NCBI GenBank assembly: GCA_043801585.1
Contig: JAZDLX010000095.1
Span: 1 to 34,252 of the forward strand
Source: a bacterium
GTDB lineage: Bacteria; Electryoneota; Electryoneia; Electryoneales; Electryoneaceae
DNA length: 34,252 nt
Direction: 5' to 3'
Below are positions 1 through 10,206 of the stretch, piece after piece (position 1 is the stretch's first letter; each line of letters begins with the position of its first letter). A program made the translations under genes and the position numbers. The notes under the pieces were generated by a model, which did not search any database, had not been told where the DNA came from, and saw nothing but the letters and a program-made list of their open reading frames with translations.

Positions 1-1
1 G

Positions 2-235
2 CTGATGGCGAAGATTCGTACTCAACCGATTGCAAGGGCTCGTATGGTCGCTATGGCACTGTCCGTTCGTCTCACGGGATATTCCCTGAAACAAGTTGGA
101 TCGGCGTTCGGAAAACGCGATCACACGACTGTTCTGCACGCTCGGGGAAAGGTGGCAGAGTGGGAACGCGATGATCCAACTTTTGCCAGTACGATTCAAA
201 CCCTCATTCGGTCCATTGAGACGGTGACTGACTGA
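2..235 (+). CDS. dnaA: Chromosomal replication initiator DnaA, C-terminal DNA-binding domain IV (5'-truncated by window edge)
   Basis: Translation has the DnaA domain IV pattern ARARMVAMAL...SLKQVGSAFGKRDHTTVLHA; lies directly upstream of DnaA boxes and dnaN. Confidence 0.96.
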   Translation: MMAKIRTQPIARARMVAMALSVRLTGYSLKQVGSAFGKRDHTTVLHARGKVAEWERDDPTFASTIQTLIRSIETVTD

Positions 236-287
236 GGATTACTACATGATATTCTTTAAGATGGTAATGCTTCCCGGGATCAGAAAT

Positions 288-310
288 GGACCCTAAAAGT
301 AGGGTCTTTT
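288..310 (+). terminator. Probable intrinsic terminator after dnaA
   Basis: Hairpin GACCCTA-AAAG-TAGGGTC (289-306) followed by TTTT. Confidence 0.6.
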
Positions 311-312
311 CC

Positions 313-347
313 TTGACCCGGAGAGGCCCGTCGGGGTATATTCCACA
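313..347 (+). promoter_or_regulatory. Putative sigma70 promoter for dnaN overlapped by a DnaA-box-like site
   Basis: TTGACC (313-318), 18 bp spacer, TATATT (337-342); TATTCCACA (339-347) overlaps the -10. Confidence 0.5.
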
Positions 348-673
348 GATTTCAAGGGGTTTAGCTTACAAAGAAAAGTTATTCACAAATCTCATTCACA
401 ACGTTAATGAGAAATGGTGAAACAGGTGGGTACATTAACCTGTCTGTGTGGGAGGTGGCATTTAGACTGGCAAAAGTGTACAAACGTTATAATAACACAC
501 TCGTAGTTCACTCATCATTGAAAGCCATAACTCAACAAATAGTTGGTTGTTTGCCGTTTAAAAAGAGTGTTGTCAACAGAATTAACAGGACTACTACAAA
601 AACAACATAGAGATAATTTCTTTCAGAAGATAGTAAAATGGAGGGGATAACCCTTCCTTGCATGAGGGATGCG

Positions 674-1786
674 ATGCGTTTCACAGTAGAACAGGCTACG
701 CTGCGTGAAGCATTGGACCGTGTTGCACCGGCGGTGCCAACGAAATCTCCCCTCCCTATTCTTGCGAATATTCTTCTGCGTTTGGAAGGAAATCGTTTGA
801 ATCTGGTGGCAACGGATCTTGAGGTTTCTGTTGTAACCAATTTGGAAGTAAAGGGAGAAAAAGACGGAAGTCTGTCAGTACCTGCCAAGAAGATCAGTGA
901 TATCGTTCGTGAACTGGATGGTATGTCCATTGTTTGCAGCATGGATGGAGGAAACCATCTGACAGTTGAAGCGGGGGGTGGTCAATATCAAGTCCCGGGA
1001 ATTTCTGCGCAGGAGTTTCCTTCACTTCCCGAGTTTGAATCCGCAGCGACAGTCACTTTGACTGCTGAAAAACTGGATTCTATGATCACACGTACCATCT
1101 TTGCCGTTTCCCGCGATGAACTTCGCCCGGCGTTAACGGGAGTTTTTTTCCAGATTCGACCTCATGAGATGCGGTGTGTCGCCACAGATGGACACCGACT
1201 GGTGCGGATTATAGATCAGGAATTCAAAACCGAAGGCGAATCGCGTGAGTTGATCATTCCGGTCAAGGCTCTCGACATGATCAAGCGAAACATCCCGGAC
1301 GAAGGGAATGTTGAACTGCTGATCGGACCCAGCCAGATCATGGCCCGTCTCGAAAATTCAACTCTCTACTCTCGCCTGATCGAGGGTCGGTATCCGCATT
1401 ACGAAAGTGTGATTCCCCAGGAAAACCACAACAAACTGGTTGTAAGTGTGGATGCGCTGACTGCTGCTGTCCGCCGCGCGCAGATCTTTGCGAATCCGAT
1501 CAACCGTCAGATTGTTTTCAAACTCGTTCCTGGGAAGCTCGAGATCAGCGCGGAAGATGTGGAGCTTGGGGGCAAGGGTGTTGAACAGGTTGACGCCACC
1601 TACGACGGCGAGGAGCAGACGATTGGATACAATGCCGGTTATGTGCTGGATCTTCTGCGGCAGGTGAAAACGGACCAGGTGCAATTCGATCTTGGTGGTC
1701 CAACGCAGGCGGGAATCGTTCGCCCCATGGAACAGGAAAAAGGGGAAGATTTCCTGATGCTCGTGATGCCTGTCAGGCTTTCATAG
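674..1786 (+). CDS. dnaN: DNA polymerase III beta sliding clamp
   Basis: PILANILL, ATDLE, VATDGHRL, SRLIEGRYP, C-terminal LVMPVR; ATG 674 preceded by GAGGGA (ORF is open from 638). Confidence 0.98.
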   Translation: MRFTVEQATLREALDRVAPAVPTKSPLPILANILLRLEGNRLNLVATDLEVSVVTNLEVKGEKDGSLSVPAKKISDIVRELDGMSIVCSMDGGNHLTVEAGGGQYQVPGISAQEFPSLPEFESAATVTLTAEKLDSMITRTIFAVSRDELRPALTGVFFQIRPHEMRCVATDGHRLVRIIDQEFKTEGESRELIIPVKALDMIKRNIPDEGNVELLIGPSQIMARLENSTLYSRLIEGRYPHYESVIPQENHNKLVVSVDALTAAVRRAQIFANPINRQIVFKLVPGKLEISAEDVELGGKGVEQVDATYDGEEQTIGYNAGYVLDLLRQVKTDQVQFDLGGPTQAGIVRPMEQEKGEDFLMLVMPVRLS

Positions 1787-1795
1787 GGTGATGAA

Positions 1796-2158
1796 ATGAT
1801 CAGGCGTTCCTGGGACGGTTGGGAGCGCGAGCGGACGCACAAAATGGCGCACCGCGACGGAGCGGGGCACAGAGGGAAGGTTGTCTCCCTTTCGCAAGCC
1901 GTCAGAGAATGGGTTGATCAACATCATGCTGGTGAAAAACTGGGGGAGGCAGAGGTTTTCACTCGGTGGGCTGAGCTGGTTGGTGAAGCAGTCGCCCAGC
2001 AGACTGAGCCGATACGCCTGGAGAAGGGACGGCTGGTGGTACGGGTCAAGACAAGTACCTGGCGGCACCAGCTTCTCTTTATGCGGCGTGAATTGATCGC
2101 CACGATGAACGGCCGGATAGGCCACAAGGTTATCAGGGAAATTGTTTTTACCGGGTAG
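1796..2158 (+). CDS. dciA: DUF721/DciA-family protein (replicative helicase loader)
   Basis: W..LVGEAVAQQTEP..LEKGRLVVRVKTSTWRHQL pattern; usual position upstream of gyrB. Confidence 0.82.
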   Translation: MIRRSWDGWERERTHKMAHRDGAGHRGKVVSLSQAVREWVDQHHAGEKLGEAEVFTRWAELVGEAVAQQTEPIRLEKGRLVVRVKTSTWRHQLLFMRRELIATMNGRIGHKVIREIVFTG

Positions 2159-4216
<2,058 letters not shown>

Positions 4217-4232
4217 CACGGGAGACGATCCA

Positions 4233-4367
4233 ATGGACGAGCAGGGCAACACGTCCAGCGAACACCCCGAAGAGCAACCCGTCTGGGAAGCTCCGGAAAT
4301 TCTTGAACAGGGGCATGTCGAAGCGCGCCTGTTCAGCGACGAACCGGACCCCTGGGGTGGCCCCTGA
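4233..4367 (+). CDS. Putative RiPP precursor peptide, 44 aa (MDEQGNTSSEHPEEQPVWEAPEILEQGHVEARLFSDEPDPWGGP)
   Basis: ATG 4233 with GGAG at 4221-4224; WEAPEILEQG matches the (Y/W)xxPx(L/I)xxxG RRE-binding leader motif; heads a cluster containing a PqqD/RRE gene. Confidence 0.8.
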   Translation: MDEQGNTSSEHPEEQPVWEAPEILEQGHVEARLFSDEPDPWGGP

Positions 4368-4767
4368 TCGTGCTCCGGCGCCGCCGGACATGCTGAGGGA
4401 GATGGCTCGCCCCTACTGGCTTCCGGTGTCCGGTGGATCGATGTACCCCCGCCTGCGTGATGGCGATCTTGTCCACGTTGTTCCTTTTCCAGCAGACGAA
4501 ACCCGTTTACCCTGCCCCGGAGACCTGATCCTTTTTCTCCTCGATGGATTACCCGTCGTGCACCGTTATGCCGGCGTGGCACGGGGACTCCACATCGAGC
4601 GTGCGGATCGCTCAGGGCAATCACGGCCGTTCAACCCTAACGATATTCTTGGAGTTGTCACCGCACGCAAAAGATCCAATCGTGTGACGACGATTGGTTT
4701 GCCGTTGCGCTGGAGGATTCTGCGCGAATGGCTACGGATTACGGCGAACTTTCGGCGTCAACCGTGA
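4357..4767 (+). CDS. S24/S26-family (signal peptidase I-like) soluble peptidase
   Basis: VSGGSMYPRLRDGD (catalytic Ser), GDLILF, VVHRY (His); no N-terminal TM helix; start uncertain (GTG 4357 or ATG 4390). Confidence 0.82.
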   Translation: MAPDRAPAPPDMLREMARPYWLPVSGGSMYPRLRDGDLVHVVPFPADETRLPCPGDLILFLLDGLPVVHRYAGVARGLHIERADRSGQSRPFNPNDILGVVTARKRSNRVTTIGLPLRWRILREWLRITANFRRQP

Positions 4768-5903
4768 ACCTCGATCAATTCGCACGTCGCGTCGCGAAGA
4801 TGCTCTCCAGTCGCGAGCCGCCATCTCTTGGCGTACACCCCAGACAGATCCTTTCGCTCTGCTCGCACCACGGTGTTCTTCCACTGCTGGGATACCGTTT
4901 CCGCCAGCATTTCGGAGATCTTGCGGGACTCGCCGACGAACACAGGGAAAGGATCGAGCAATCCGAGCGGGAGACTCTGGTTCGATACACTCTCGCGCGG
5001 GGAGCGCTGAATGACGCCTTGGTCATTCTGAAGCCCTTTCGTCCGGTACTTTTCAAGGGCATTGCCGCCGCGGGAGCATGGCCACTAAGGAGCCTGCGTG
5101 ATCCCGGGGACCTGGACCTGCTTGTTGCTCAGGAGGCCTTTCCCGCGGCAAAGGCGGCACTTCTCAACGCAAGTTGGACGGAACAACCGACGGTACACGG
5201 TCACCTGAATGATGTCGTCAGTGCGAAATATGGTTTCGCCCGCGTTTTTCGCCACCCATCGCGGCCGGTAACGGTCGATCTTCATCGTGAACCGGTGGAC
5301 AGGACGGAGCCGTTTCGCGTAGACCCTGTTCATTTGCTCGCTACGGCTGTGTTAACGGAGGTTGCGAACGGCGTGGTTGTGGCGGTACCCGGCCCCGTAG
5401 AACACCTTTGCCTGCTGGCGCTTCACGCGGTGCGCCACGGGACCTTTCGCCTGCAGGGGTTTGTTGATGTATTCATGTGGCTGGAGCGGCACAAAAACGC
5501 CATTAGAGATATAGAGATAACCAAATATATAAGGGACAACCGGATCTTTCGTGCGGTTTCTGTCGCACTCCTGATCACTCAAAACCTCTTTGAGGATCTT
5601 CCCTTGGAAGTTCGCGGCTTCGATCAGGACCCCGTTGTGCGCTTTGCGGCGGCCCGGCGGAAACCCGGTGTGCTGGTTCGGAGCCATTTGACCGCGCGGG
5701 GTGGAGTCAGACGGCTGATCGCACTGATCGACCTGATCGATAGCCCTGTTCTGGCTTTACGTTACGTGTTTCGATTGGTTTTCCCCGCTCCGGAAATCAT
5801 GGGTTTACCCTCTGGCAACAGAATATTTGCCTACCTTAGGCAACGTATAAAGACGTTTCTTCACTTGCTCCCAAGTTTCGAGCGTTTGGAGAAAGATTCT
5901 TGA
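4764..5903 (+). CDS. Nucleotidyltransferase family protein (NTP_transf_5-like)
   Basis: LFKG...RDPGDLDLLV, VDLH and LxLHAxRH motifs; GTG 4764 overlaps the upstream TGA (GTGA). Confidence 0.85.
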   Translation: MNLDQFARRVAKMLSSREPPSLGVHPRQILSLCSHHGVLPLLGYRFRQHFGDLAGLADEHRERIEQSERETLVRYTLARGALNDALVILKPFRPVLFKGIAAAGAWPLRSLRDPGDLDLLVAQEAFPAAKAALLNASWTEQPTVHGHLNDVVSAKYGFARVFRHPSRPVTVDLHREPVDRTEPFRVDPVHLLATAVLTEVANGVVVAVPGPVEHLCLLALHAVRHGTFRLQGFVDVFMWLERHKNAIRDIEITKYIRDNRIFRAVSVALLITQNLFEDLPLEVRGFDQDPVVRFAAARRKPGVLVRSHLTARGGVRRLIALIDLIDSPVLALRYVFRLVFPAPEIMGLPSGNRIFAYLRQRIKTFLHLLPSFERLEKDS

Positions 5904-5975
5904 ACCTTTATCGATGCTTGTGGTATCGTTTTGGTATATTTCGTATCTTTTTGTGTTCCCAACGGGAGTTTGTCC

Positions 5976-6239
5976 ATGGTTTTGCGTCCAGAGGCTTCCA
6001 TCGTCGAACAAGAAGTAGATGATGGGCTTCTTCTTTTACGCGAGACGGGTGATTACATCGTCATCAATCGTACCGGGACCTCCATTTGGAAGCTGACAAA
6101 GAGCAGCGAAACGGCGGAAGAGCTTATTGAAGGAGTTGTTCGGCTTCCCGGTGCACCGCCGCGGACCGAATGCGAGCGCCAATCTAGAATATTCCTCGAG
6201 CGGTTAAAGGACGGGGGATTTCTTGTGGAGGTTGGTTGA
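5976..6239 (+). CDS. PqqD-family peptide chaperone / RiPP recognition element (RRE)
   Basis: 87 aa; EVDDGLLLL...YIVINRTGTSIWKL...FLERLKDGGFL pattern; ATG 5976 with GGGAG RBS. Confidence 0.88.
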   Translation: MVLRPEASIVEQEVDDGLLLLRETGDYIVINRTGTSIWKLTKSSETAEELIEGVVRLPGAPPRTECERQSRIFLERLKDGGFLVEVG

Positions 6240-7135
6240 AACGATTCCGTTACGCAGGTATTCTCGTCCAGGTTGAAGTGGATGAGGGGCTTCCGGACAT
6301 CGCGCTACCCTATGCGATGGCCTTGGAAACGGGCAACGAGGACGCACCCGACATCGTCGTTCGTCTTTCTGTCGGAACGTTGAAAACCGAGGTTGCCTCC
6401 GGTCCGGTCCGGCTGCTTCGCGGGGGAATGGAGGCGCGTGGGGACCAGGACCGGATGCTCTGGACCCATCGTGAAATGGGCCCGATAATTGAAGTTTTTC
6501 CACGATCCGGATCGATCAATGTAACACTCCCGAGTTGGGCCTGGACTCGGGTTAACGACGTTTTTGACCAATTGCTGCTTCCCGGCTTGCTGCCGGCGTT
6601 TGCTGTTCGAGGGTTGCGTGCCTTCCATGCGTCAGCGGTTGAAATCAACGGCATTGGTGTTTTTATCGCAGGGGCTTCAGGGAGCGGAAAAACAACAGCA
6701 GCCCTTTTGTTGATTTCCCATGGTGCTAATCTCGTCGCCGACGATCTGATGTTTTTGTATCGGGAAGAGGGGCATGCGGTGATCAGCGGAATCGGGGATG
6801 GCCTGCGTGCCCGTGACGATGTCTGGGAGCGTTTCAGCCACCTTCGGCCATCATCCGAGGAGTCCTCGGGAAAAAGACGCCTGGAACATGGGAACGTACC
6901 CTGGGTTCGGTCGGCGAATCCGAGGGTGGGAATTCTCCTCGATCCCGAGAGAGGCGCCGGAAAAATTCAAACATCCCAGGCCCTGCCAAAGCTTCTTTCG
7001 TTGTGCTATCATGCAGGAGACGAGGAGGCCGCATTGCGTATGTTGGCGGAGCTTTCAAAAGATGTGCTATTGTTCAGCGCCGAAAACGCCGAACGTGCCG
7101 CAACCATTGCGGTGCAACCGGAGGAGTCGGTGTGA
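6236..7135 (+). CDS. HPr-kinase-related P-loop kinase
   Basis: FHASAVEINGIGVFIAGASGSGKTT (Walker A) and LVADD motifs; TTG start overlaps the PqqD stop. Confidence 0.85.
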   Translation: MKRFRYAGILVQVEVDEGLPDIALPYAMALETGNEDAPDIVVRLSVGTLKTEVASGPVRLLRGGMEARGDQDRMLWTHREMGPIIEVFPRSGSINVTLPSWAWTRVNDVFDQLLLPGLLPAFAVRGLRAFHASAVEINGIGVFIAGASGSGKTTAALLLISHGANLVADDLMFLYREEGHAVISGIGDGLRARDDVWERFSHLRPSSEESSGKRRLEHGNVPWVRSANPRVGILLDPERGAGKIQTSQALPKLLSLCYHAGDEEAALRMLAELSKDVLLFSAENAERAATIAVQPEESV

Positions 7136-7170
7136 TGATGGACAGATGGCATGATTTACGGAGGAGAACA

Positions 7171-7863
7171 ATGCCCGGCGGGTGGATTTCCGTTTTGATC
7201 AACAGACGGAGCGCAGCGTGGACACTGTTGCTTGTGTTCGTGCTGTATGCAGGCAGACTTGCGGCCCAAACCGCGGAGAACGAGATGCCGATGTCGCCCG
7301 GAGACAAGATGCTGATCCTCTACTACGAGGACGCCTCATCCTCCGTCGAGCCGGTGTCCGTTGACGTTATTGTCGATCAACAGGGTAAAATTTTCATGCC
7401 AATGCTCGGCGAGGTGACCGCGAGCGGAAAGACCTCGGCGCAACTGGAGAAAGAACTCGTTGCGGCCTATAGCGAATTTGTCGAGCATCCATTGGTTTCC
7501 GTTCGGATCGAATTTCAACAGGCGCGGGTGGCGTATCTGCTGGGGGCGGTCAACCAGCAGGGCGCGTACCAGGTTGAATCGGGAACGACGTTGAGTCGGT
7601 TTCTTTCCGAGCATGGCGGCGTGAGCCCAAACGCGGACCTGACCAGTGTCTGGCTGTTACGCGGCGAAAAGAAACGAATGGCGGTGAACGTTGCCAACAT
7701 CTTCGAATCCAACAACCCGAAAGATGACATCGTCATCGAAGCGGGTGACAGGATCTTTATCCCAATCAGGGGCAGCAGCTCGCTTGACCGCGCCGCACGG
7801 TTGATGCAGGTCCTCACGATGGTTTTACAGGCGGCACTCTTTGTCGTCGTGCTCACGAGGTAA
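7171..7863 (+). CDS. Polysaccharide biosynthesis/export protein (Poly_export + SLBB, Wza-like)
   Basis: PGD, VDQQGKIFMPMLGEVTASGKT, LGAVNQQG, GDRIFIP; signal peptide; GAGGAG RBS before ATG 7171 (ATG 7135 also possible). Confidence 0.88.
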   Translation: MPGGWISVLINRRSAAWTLLLVFVLYAGRLAAQTAENEMPMSPGDKMLILYYEDASSSVEPVSVDVIVDQQGKIFMPMLGEVTASGKTSAQLEKELVAAYSEFVEHPLVSVRIEFQQARVAYLLGAVNQQGAYQVESGTTLSRFLSEHGGVSPNADLTSVWLLRGEKKRMAVNVANIFESNNPKDDIVIEAGDRIFIPIRGSSSLDRAARLMQVLTMVLQAALFVVVLTR

Positions 7864-7878
7864 GAGAGGAGCAGGGCA

Positions 7879-10200
7879 ATGGCGCAGTACGATTTGAACC
7901 TGCGTGACGTACAGCGCATTCTTCGCAGACGCTGGAAGGTGGTGGTGTTCTCCACGCTTCTGGTCGTCGGATTCAGTTATTTCTTCGGCAAGTCACGCCA
8001 GCCCTTGTACAACTCGACGTCTTCCGTAAAAATCGAGGAGACGAGCACAGTCGCCGGCCTGCTTCTTCAACGCCTTACCTATAGCCGCTGGGACAACATT
8101 GCAACGGCACAGGAACTGATCCGAAGCTTCCCCGTGATGGAACGTGTTGCACGGCGCCTTGGCAAAATCGAACCGGGGCTGACCTCGGAACAGGTGCGGT
8201 CAGACCAGGAGATCAGCGCGCGGGTCAACCGGATGATCAACCAGGTAACGACGGAACGCAACGGCCGAACGAACATCATCGACATCACCGTTTCCTCGAC
8301 CGATCCGCATGAAGCACGCAATATCGCCCAAACATTGGCCGAGGTCTTCCGCGAGGTTCACCTGGAGGACCGTTCAAGCCAGGACCGGGAAACTCGTGAA
8401 TTCATCGAGCGGCAAACACGCATCGCGCAGAATTCTCTCGACGGTGCTGAAGAAAAACTACAGCGATTCCGCGAACAGACGAAGCAGCCGGTGCTTGACG
8501 ATCTTGTCCGCTCGAAGGTGGATGAGCTTGGCGCCAAGCAGGAATCGCTGCGTAAGATTCAGCAGCAGATCAGTCAGATGGAAACGCAGTTGGCGCAGGT
8601 GCGTCAACGCCAGTCGCTCGGCGTAAACGAGGTGCCAGACCTGAGCCGGCCCTCCCTGCAGAAACTTGAAAAACAGGGCGAACTCCGTGCAATCGACTGG
8701 TTTGAAGTCAGTGACATGTCCTCGGCGTTGATCAGCCTCAACGACAAATTGATCGAGCTGGAGACAAAAAAGCGTGACCTGCTGCGCCGCTTCAAGCCTA
8801 ACGCACCCTCCGTCATCGAAGTTGAATCGGAGGTCCAGGATATTCTCCGTGAAATCACGAAAGAGGCAAACGATAATCTGGCAAACCTCCAAAAAGAAGG
8901 GAGGGGTACCCAGGCGTCGATTGCCGCACTGCAGACGGAGCTGGAGGGTGTTCCGGAATCGCAGCGGCATTACGCGCAGCTTCAGCGTGAAGTGAAGCTT
9001 CGTGAAGAACAGTACGGTATGCTCTCGCTGAAATACCAGGAAGCGCTTATCAGGGAAGCGGATCAGGCGGACGAGGTTAGCCTTGTTCGTCCCGCAATGC
9101 TGAACACACAGCCGATCAACGTCAACTTGAATCGCCTGGTAACCGTGGGCCTCGTAATCGGGCTTGCGCTTGGCCTTGTGCTTGCGTTTCTGTTCGAAAC
9201 GTTCGACACCTCAATCGGAACCATCGAGGACGTCGAAGAATATCTCCAGGTACCGGTACTCGGAGTGATCCCCAGCATCGATATCGACGCGGTCGTCGAG
9301 CATCTTGTGCGGCGAAACCCATCGATGGAAAACAATCCGAACCTGGAAGCCTCCGCACGGTTGATTACTCATATCGCACCGAAAGACCCTGTGGCGGAAG
9401 GATACCGTGCGCTTCGCACAGCGATCCAATTCCGCTCGATCAGCCATCCGATCCGGACGATCACAACCACCTCTGCGTCACTCCAGGAAGGAAAGTCTAC
9501 CACGGTGGTCAATTTGGCGATCACCATGGCGCAAGGCGGGACAAAGGTTTTGCTCGTCGGCTGCAACCTGCGCCGCCCAAGCCTCTACAAGGTGTTCGGC
9601 ATCGACCAGGCCCCCGGAGTGGTGGACATTGTGCTCGGACGAATGCCGTGGCGCGAAACGATTAAAACGGTGACTGACATCATCATGGGCGACCTTGGCA
9701 TGGACAGCGCCCTGATGACACCGGGCATGGAAAACCTTCATATCATAACCAGCGGCGGGATTCCACCAAACCCATCGGAAATGCTCGTTTCGAAGCAGAT
9801 GGCCCAGTTCATTGATGAAGCGAAGGAGGAGTTCGACATCGTCCTCTTCGACGCACCGCCGGTTCTGCCGGTTACCGACGCAGCAATCCTTGCAAAGCGG
9901 ACCGACGCGACGCTGCTGATCTACCGCACGGGGAAGGTTCCTCGCGCCGCATTGAAACGGGCCAAATCCCAAATCGAGTCGGTGGGAGCACGTGTGCTTG
10001 GTGTTGTGCTGAACGATCTGAGGGCGGAACTTGTAGGTTATTCCGGTTCGCAGTACTACTACGGCAAATACTATGGCTCATCAGGAGAGAACGAGGTAAT
10101 GTCCGAGAAAAAAGGGAAGACCGGGGGAGGGTTGGGCCGCAAGCTGAAAAGCCGCCTGGGAGGCGGGCTTTTCTCGTCACAAAAACGGCAGAAAGTGTAG
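7879..10200 (+). CDS. Polysaccharide co-polymerase / BY tyrosine kinase (Wzc/GumC-like)
   Basis: Two TM helices flanking a coiled-coil domain, EGYRALRT, QEGKST, FDAPP, C-terminal Tyr cluster YSGSQYYYGKYY. Confidence 0.93.
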   Translation: MAQYDLNLRDVQRILRRRWKVVVFSTLLVVGFSYFFGKSRQPLYNSTSSVKIEETSTVAGLLLQRLTYSRWDNIATAQELIRSFPVMERVARRLGKIEPGLTSEQVRSDQEISARVNRMINQVTTERNGRTNIIDITVSSTDPHEARNIAQTLAEVFREVHLEDRSSQDRETREFIERQTRIAQNSLDGAEEKLQRFREQTKQPVLDDLVRSKVDELGAKQESLRKIQQQISQMETQLAQVRQRQSLGVNEVPDLSRPSLQKLEKQGELRAIDWFEVSDMSSALISLNDKLIELETKKRDLLRRFKPNAPSVIEVESEVQDILREITKEANDNLANLQKEGRGTQASIAALQTELEGVPESQRHYAQLQREVKLREEQYGMLSLKYQEALIREADQADEVSLVRPAMLNTQPINVNLNRLVTVGLVIGLALGLVLAFLFETFDTSIGTIEDVEEYLQVPVLGVIPSIDIDAVVEHLVRRNPSMENNPNLEASARLITHIAPKDPVAEGYRALRTAIQFRSISHPIRTITTTSASLQEGKSTTVVNLAITMAQGGTKVLLVGCNLRRPSLYKVFGIDQAPGVVDIVLGRMPWRETIKTVTDIIMGDLGMDSALMTPGMENLHIITSGGIPPNPSEMLVSKQMAQFIDEAKEEFDIVLFDAPPVLPVTDAAILAKRTDATLLIYRTGKVPRAALKRAKSQIESVGARVLGVVLNDLRAELVGYSGSQYYYGKYYGSSGENEVMSEKKGKTGGGLGRKLKSRLGGGLFSSQKRQKV

Positions 10201-10206
10201 CCCGCG

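Larger units (their letters stand above)
236..673. other. oriC: Chromosomal replication origin oriC (dnaA-dnaN intergenic)
   Basis: AT-rich non-coding interval with TTATTCACA (379-387, consensus DnaA box), TCATTCACA (392-400), TATTCCACA (339-347), tandem TTGTCAACA/GAATTAACA (570-587) followed by a CTACTAC trio-like tract. Confidence 0.88.

Noticed and set aside
407..610. 67-aa ORF between dnaA and dnaN
   Set aside because: Runs through oriC sequence elements and has no protein-like signature
5932..5940. Extended -10-like TGGTATATT upstream of the RRE gene
   Set aside because: No convincing -35 and too short to support an internal promoter without data
5976..6239. PQQ biosynthesis (pqqD)
   Set aside because: No pqqA ExxxY peptide or pqqB/C/E nearby; the PqqD fold is better read as a generic RRE
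4233..7135. Calling the cluster a lasso peptide BGC
   Set aside because: No lasso cyclase or transglutaminase-like B2 protease in the block, no Thr(-2), and the core is too short with no Asp/Glu at positions 7-9
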